A stretch of DNA of 64,000 nt, from the NCBI GenBank assembly GCA_976551045.1, contig CDPCPM010000013.1, positions 6,572,001 to 6,636,000 on the forward strand. Direction: 5' to 3'. The notes under the pieces are model-generated. The model was not told where the DNA came from. It ran no database searches and worked only from the letters and a program-made list of their open reading frames with translations. Source of the stretch: Glaucostegus cemiculus (Eukaryota). Both the position numbers and the translations under genes were made by a program. Positions within the stretch are counted from its first letter, which is position 1. Each line of letters starts with the position of its first letter. Positions 60,100 through 64,000 of the stretch are shown in pieces.

Positions 60100-61560
60100 T
60101 CAAAGTCTGGCTCGTGTTAAGAGTTATTCCTGTCACACTCGAATCTATTGCTTCAGGTGCTCGAGAGAGAAAACAACTACCAGCTTCTGGTTTCCAATGT
60201 AAACACGCACAGATCCAGGCTGCAGCTGGGACCCCATTTGCTAAACTCATGCCCGAGCGGTGGGATTCATCCATTTATTGATACACTTCGAGAAGGAGAT
60301 TACGTTTCACCTCGATTTCCAGAGAGCTTTATTGCCTTTGCAACAGGAGTGTGGAAAGAGATGAAAGACAAACTCCACATTCTTGTATTCTATTTGCCAT
60401 TCTTGTCTTTAAATTCCCAGGCTAATTTGAATTGGATTCAGATGACCCCTCTTGTTTACTTGAATCTCTAAGTTGATTACATTACAAAAGAAACAATTCA
60501 CGTCAAATAGCGATGCAGCTGATGATCGAGGAAGTGTAGAGAAAGGGGGATTCTCCTCAGTCCTTGGCAGCTTCACAAGTTTCATCAGGAAGTGCACCCT
60601 ATTTGAAGTCACGATTTAATAACTGCTTCATTCTCTGCGTTTTCTGTTTACTTCCCTCTCTTCGGTTACCCCGTCACTTTCCCATAGTTAATGGAATCCG
60701 TGATTTTTTAAGTTATTTTTTGTCTTTATTTTTGTTTGTTTCATTTTATATCAGGGTCTCTTTCCATAAATAAAAGTGAATATCTAAGTACAAGTTTCCC
60801 ATTTCTGTGGTAATCTTATTCGCCCCATGTCCCTCAGACACTTGGCAACTACAGATTTATTGATCTAAAACCCTGGAGTAAAAATCAATATTGCTTTTAT
60901 TACTTGTTGCAAACACTCAGTAGTGCTCCTTGCGTCTTTACTCCGGTGCTCAAGTTTATTGTAATCATTGACTTCAGTGATTTGGTAGGTCAAATCAATG
61001 TTGCTCCTTGCGTTGAAAGATCTAATGGTACACATCTGAAGTTGGCGGAAACGTGTTTTATTTTCTTCTTAGTTATTTATCACCGTTCGATCATTATCTC
61101 TAAATGAGTGTTTATAATTGCTTTAAGTCACTTCACCTTCGTGTTAATGAGCCTGATCACTTTCATCAGGAGCTTCACTTGGAACACTATTTGAAGAGCT
61201 CCAGCCTGGAACTCGGATCAGAAGGAAATCTCAGAAACAGCATCAGCATGGTGCCTCCAGCTCGCTCTACGGGAGCGCAATGACAGGCTTCATCACAGAG
61301 GTGTCACTCAGATGGAAGTTCCCCAAATCCCTCGGTACCCAGAGCCACCTTTGGTTAATGAGCGGCTTTTTTTTAGGGGAGCTGGTGGAGGGGAGGGGCT
61401 GCTGATCGGAGGGAGTGACACATACATTGTGTAACTTTTGGGATCCGTACATTAAGGGCCAAACTGGATTAGGAAGTCTAAGATCTTAACCTGAATACTT
61501 ACGGCTTCAGCAGTCAGCCCCTCTCTTTTATCTCATTCAACAATTTGCTCATTCAACCAC
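60100..61560. promoter_or_regulatory. Candidate distal regulatory element (unique, CpG-retaining, non-island)
   Basis: About 35 CpGs counted by eye in ~1.45 kb of moderately AT-rich, non-repetitive sequence, with repeated short motifs. No coding signal. Confidence 0.4.
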
Positions 61561-62189
61561 GTAACTACTCCACCAGAGCATCCATGAGTTTTGTATGCAT
61601 GGACAAGCACTGCATGCTCTCTTTCACTTGCCTTCTCCTGTGTGAAGATAATTTGCAAAAGCTTGATAATGTCTGAGGGATCAGGAGGAGACTTCCCCAC
61701 CCTAACTCATGGTATTGTGAGGGCTGTGGTTTGCATTGTCCATCATATGTTACCCTGAAAAGAATTAGACTTCAAGAAGATATATTCTTTACATTTGTGT
61801 CATTTTTGAATAGAAGTAATCCATTGACCAAAATGTTTTTGTTGTCAAAAACATTTATGTGAAGAGCATCTTATAGAGTGGACTAGTTGTTGAAGAAAAC
61901 CTTGGAAATTTGCATATTTTGATATCTGAATAATATTATTAATGTTGACTCAGTGACAACTGAAAAACTGCAATCTTATCTAAGGAAGAACTGCCAATAT
62001 GATAATCCATCTAAGAGCTCAAATTGAAAAAGGAATTTGTGATCCCAAATCAAAATATAATTGTTGATGTCAAACTTTCTGTCATCTAATCAAGTACGGA
62101 CAAGACCCACCCACCCAGGCATAGACAAGACCAAGATCAAGTATATTCAGTACCTATGGATTGCTACTTTCACCATGTTCAGTAGGAGG

Positions 62190-64000
62190 CTTATGAGAAG
62201 ACCTTTCATCTTCTCCATGAAAGGGAATGGGAACCAAAGCAGTAGGTCAGCAAGCAAAGGGATTACGGGAAAAGTAGTGGTTAGGTCAAGTGATTCTCAA
62301 AGGAAGGACAGGTAGGGCTGGGTTAATGAACACAGAATAGCTGATGGGTTGAAGTGTATTTATTTCAATACAAGGAGTACTATGTGTGAGACAGATGAAC
62401 TCAAAATCTAGATTAGTGCGTGGAACTATGATGCTTTGGGCATTACAGAGACTTGTTTGAGAGAAGGGCAGGACTGGCAGTTCAATGTTCCTGAGTTTAG
62501 ATGTTTCTAACATGATAGAGAGGGATGTAAAAGAGGTGGAGGAGTTGCACTTCTGATCAGGGAGAATGTCACAGCTGCACTTAGAGAGGACATCCTAGAG
62601 GATTCATCCAGTGACACAATATGGGTAGAACTGTGCAATCATTATGATGGGGTTATACTATAGGTCTCCCAATAGCCCTTGGGAAATAGAGGAACAGATA
62701 CATAGGCAGATTATGGAAATATGTGAAAACAGCAGGGGTGTTGTAGTAGGTAACTTTAATTTCCCCAATATTGACTGGGACTCTCTTAGTGTCAGGGGCT
62801 TAGAGGGGCAGAATTTGTCAGGTGTATGCAGGAGGGTTTCTTGAAACAGTATGTAAATAGACCAGCTAGGGAAAGGGTCATACAAGACCTTGTGTTGGGA
62901 AATGAGCCTGGCCAGATGGTCAGAGTTTCAGTGGGAGAACATTTTGGGAACAGTGATCTTAATTCTGTAAGTTTTCAGATAGTTATGGATAAGGATAAGA
63001 CTAAACCTCGGGAGAAAGTGCTAAATTGGTGGAAGGCTAATTACAAAAGTATTAGGCAGGAGCTGGGAAGTGTTATCAGGTAAATCTGCATCTGACATGT
63101 GGGATGTATTTAAAGGCCAGCTGGTCAGAATTCAGGACCAACATGTTTTAGTGAGAAAGAGACACAAGGATGGCAAAGTTGGGAACCTTGGATGACAAGA
63201 GATGCTGTAAATTAAAGCAAAAAGAAATAGGAAGCATATGGAAGTTTTAGGAAGCTGAAATTGGAAATTAAGGAACACAAGGGAAGCAGGAGAGAACTTA
63301 AATAGGGAAACAGAAGGGTTAAAAGGGGCCATGAGATATCCTTGGCAAGTAGGATTAAAGAGAATCCCAAGGCATTGTATATATACATTAAAAACAAGAG
63401 GATAGCTAGGGAGAGGGTAGAATCACTCAAGGACAAAGGAGACAATACCTGGAGCCAGAGAAAGTGGATGAGATACTAAATGAATACATAGCATCAATAT
63501 TCACCAAGGAGAAGGACATGGTGGATAGTGAGATTAGGGAGGGGCATGCTGATTCTCTAGCACATGTTGATGTGAAGAAGGAGGTGGTGTTGGCTCTTCT
63601 GAAGAACATTAAGGTGGATAAGTCCCCAGGGCCTAATGGGATCTATCCCAGGTTATTGAATGGGGCAAGAGAAGCGACTGCAGAGGCATTGATAAAGATC
63701 TTTCCATCTTCTTTAGTCACAGGCAGGGTCCCAGAAGACTAGAGGATAACCAGTGTTGTTCCTCTGTTTAAGAAGGGCAATATGGACAAACCAGGAAATT
63801 ATAGGCCAGTGAGACTTACATTGGTGGCAGTGAAATTATTGGAGAAGATTCTTATTGATAGGATTTATGCACATTTGGAAAAGCATAGACTTATTAGGGA
63901 CAGCCAGCACAGCTTTCTGTGGTGAAGACTAAGCATTGCAAACTCGATCAACTTTTGGAGGTGGTGACGAAGATGATTGATGAGGATATGTCAGCGGATG
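62190..64000 (+). mobile_element. CR1 ORF2 5' part (APE endonuclease to RT N-terminus), disrupted, runs off the right edge
   Basis: MMGLYYRSPNS, VVVGNFNFPNIDW, DLVLGNEPG, GEHFGNSDLN, IKVDKSPGPNGIYPRLL, PGNYRPV. Confidence 0.92.

Noticed and set aside
60570-61175. CTGATGA on the minus strand at ~60583 and ~61163 as hammerhead cores
   Set aside because: No correctly placed GAAA or helices I-III.

Overview
Vertebrate nuclear DNA, almost certainly from a cartilaginous fish (HE1-type V-SINEs, Deu-domain SINEs, abundant CR1, L2, Rex1/Babar and Penelope elements; a ray or sawfish is plausible but is only an inference). The only recognisable host gene is ARGLU1 or an ARGLU1-like ohnolog. Its first coding exon (2988-3292, minus strand) lies in a CpG-island promoter, and intron 1 runs off the left edge. 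The remaining ~60 kb is an upstream gene desert with no other recognisable host exon. It is filled with retroelement remnants: nested CR1 copies, a near full-length CR1 with a zinc-finger/SGNH-esterase ORF1, a young CR1 with an open ~590-codon RT frame, a rearranged Ty3/gypsy LTR fragment, Penelope GIY-YIG fragments and a Tc1 end, separated by TE-poor unique islands that may be enhancers. I found no clear-cut new biological system. The best leads are: (1) short Penelope-derived elements carrying minimal hammerhead-ribozyme motifs, repeatedly arranged as inverted pairs; (2) seven CpGs spaced exactly 10 bp apart in the ARGLU1 promoter; (3) an inverted gypsy protease/gag-LTR/CR1 chimera; (4) two sister CR1 copies truncated at nearly the same point; (5) a CpG-retaining unique block at about 60.1-61.5 kb. 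Boundaries of old repeats are approximate (tens of bp) because they were read by eye.
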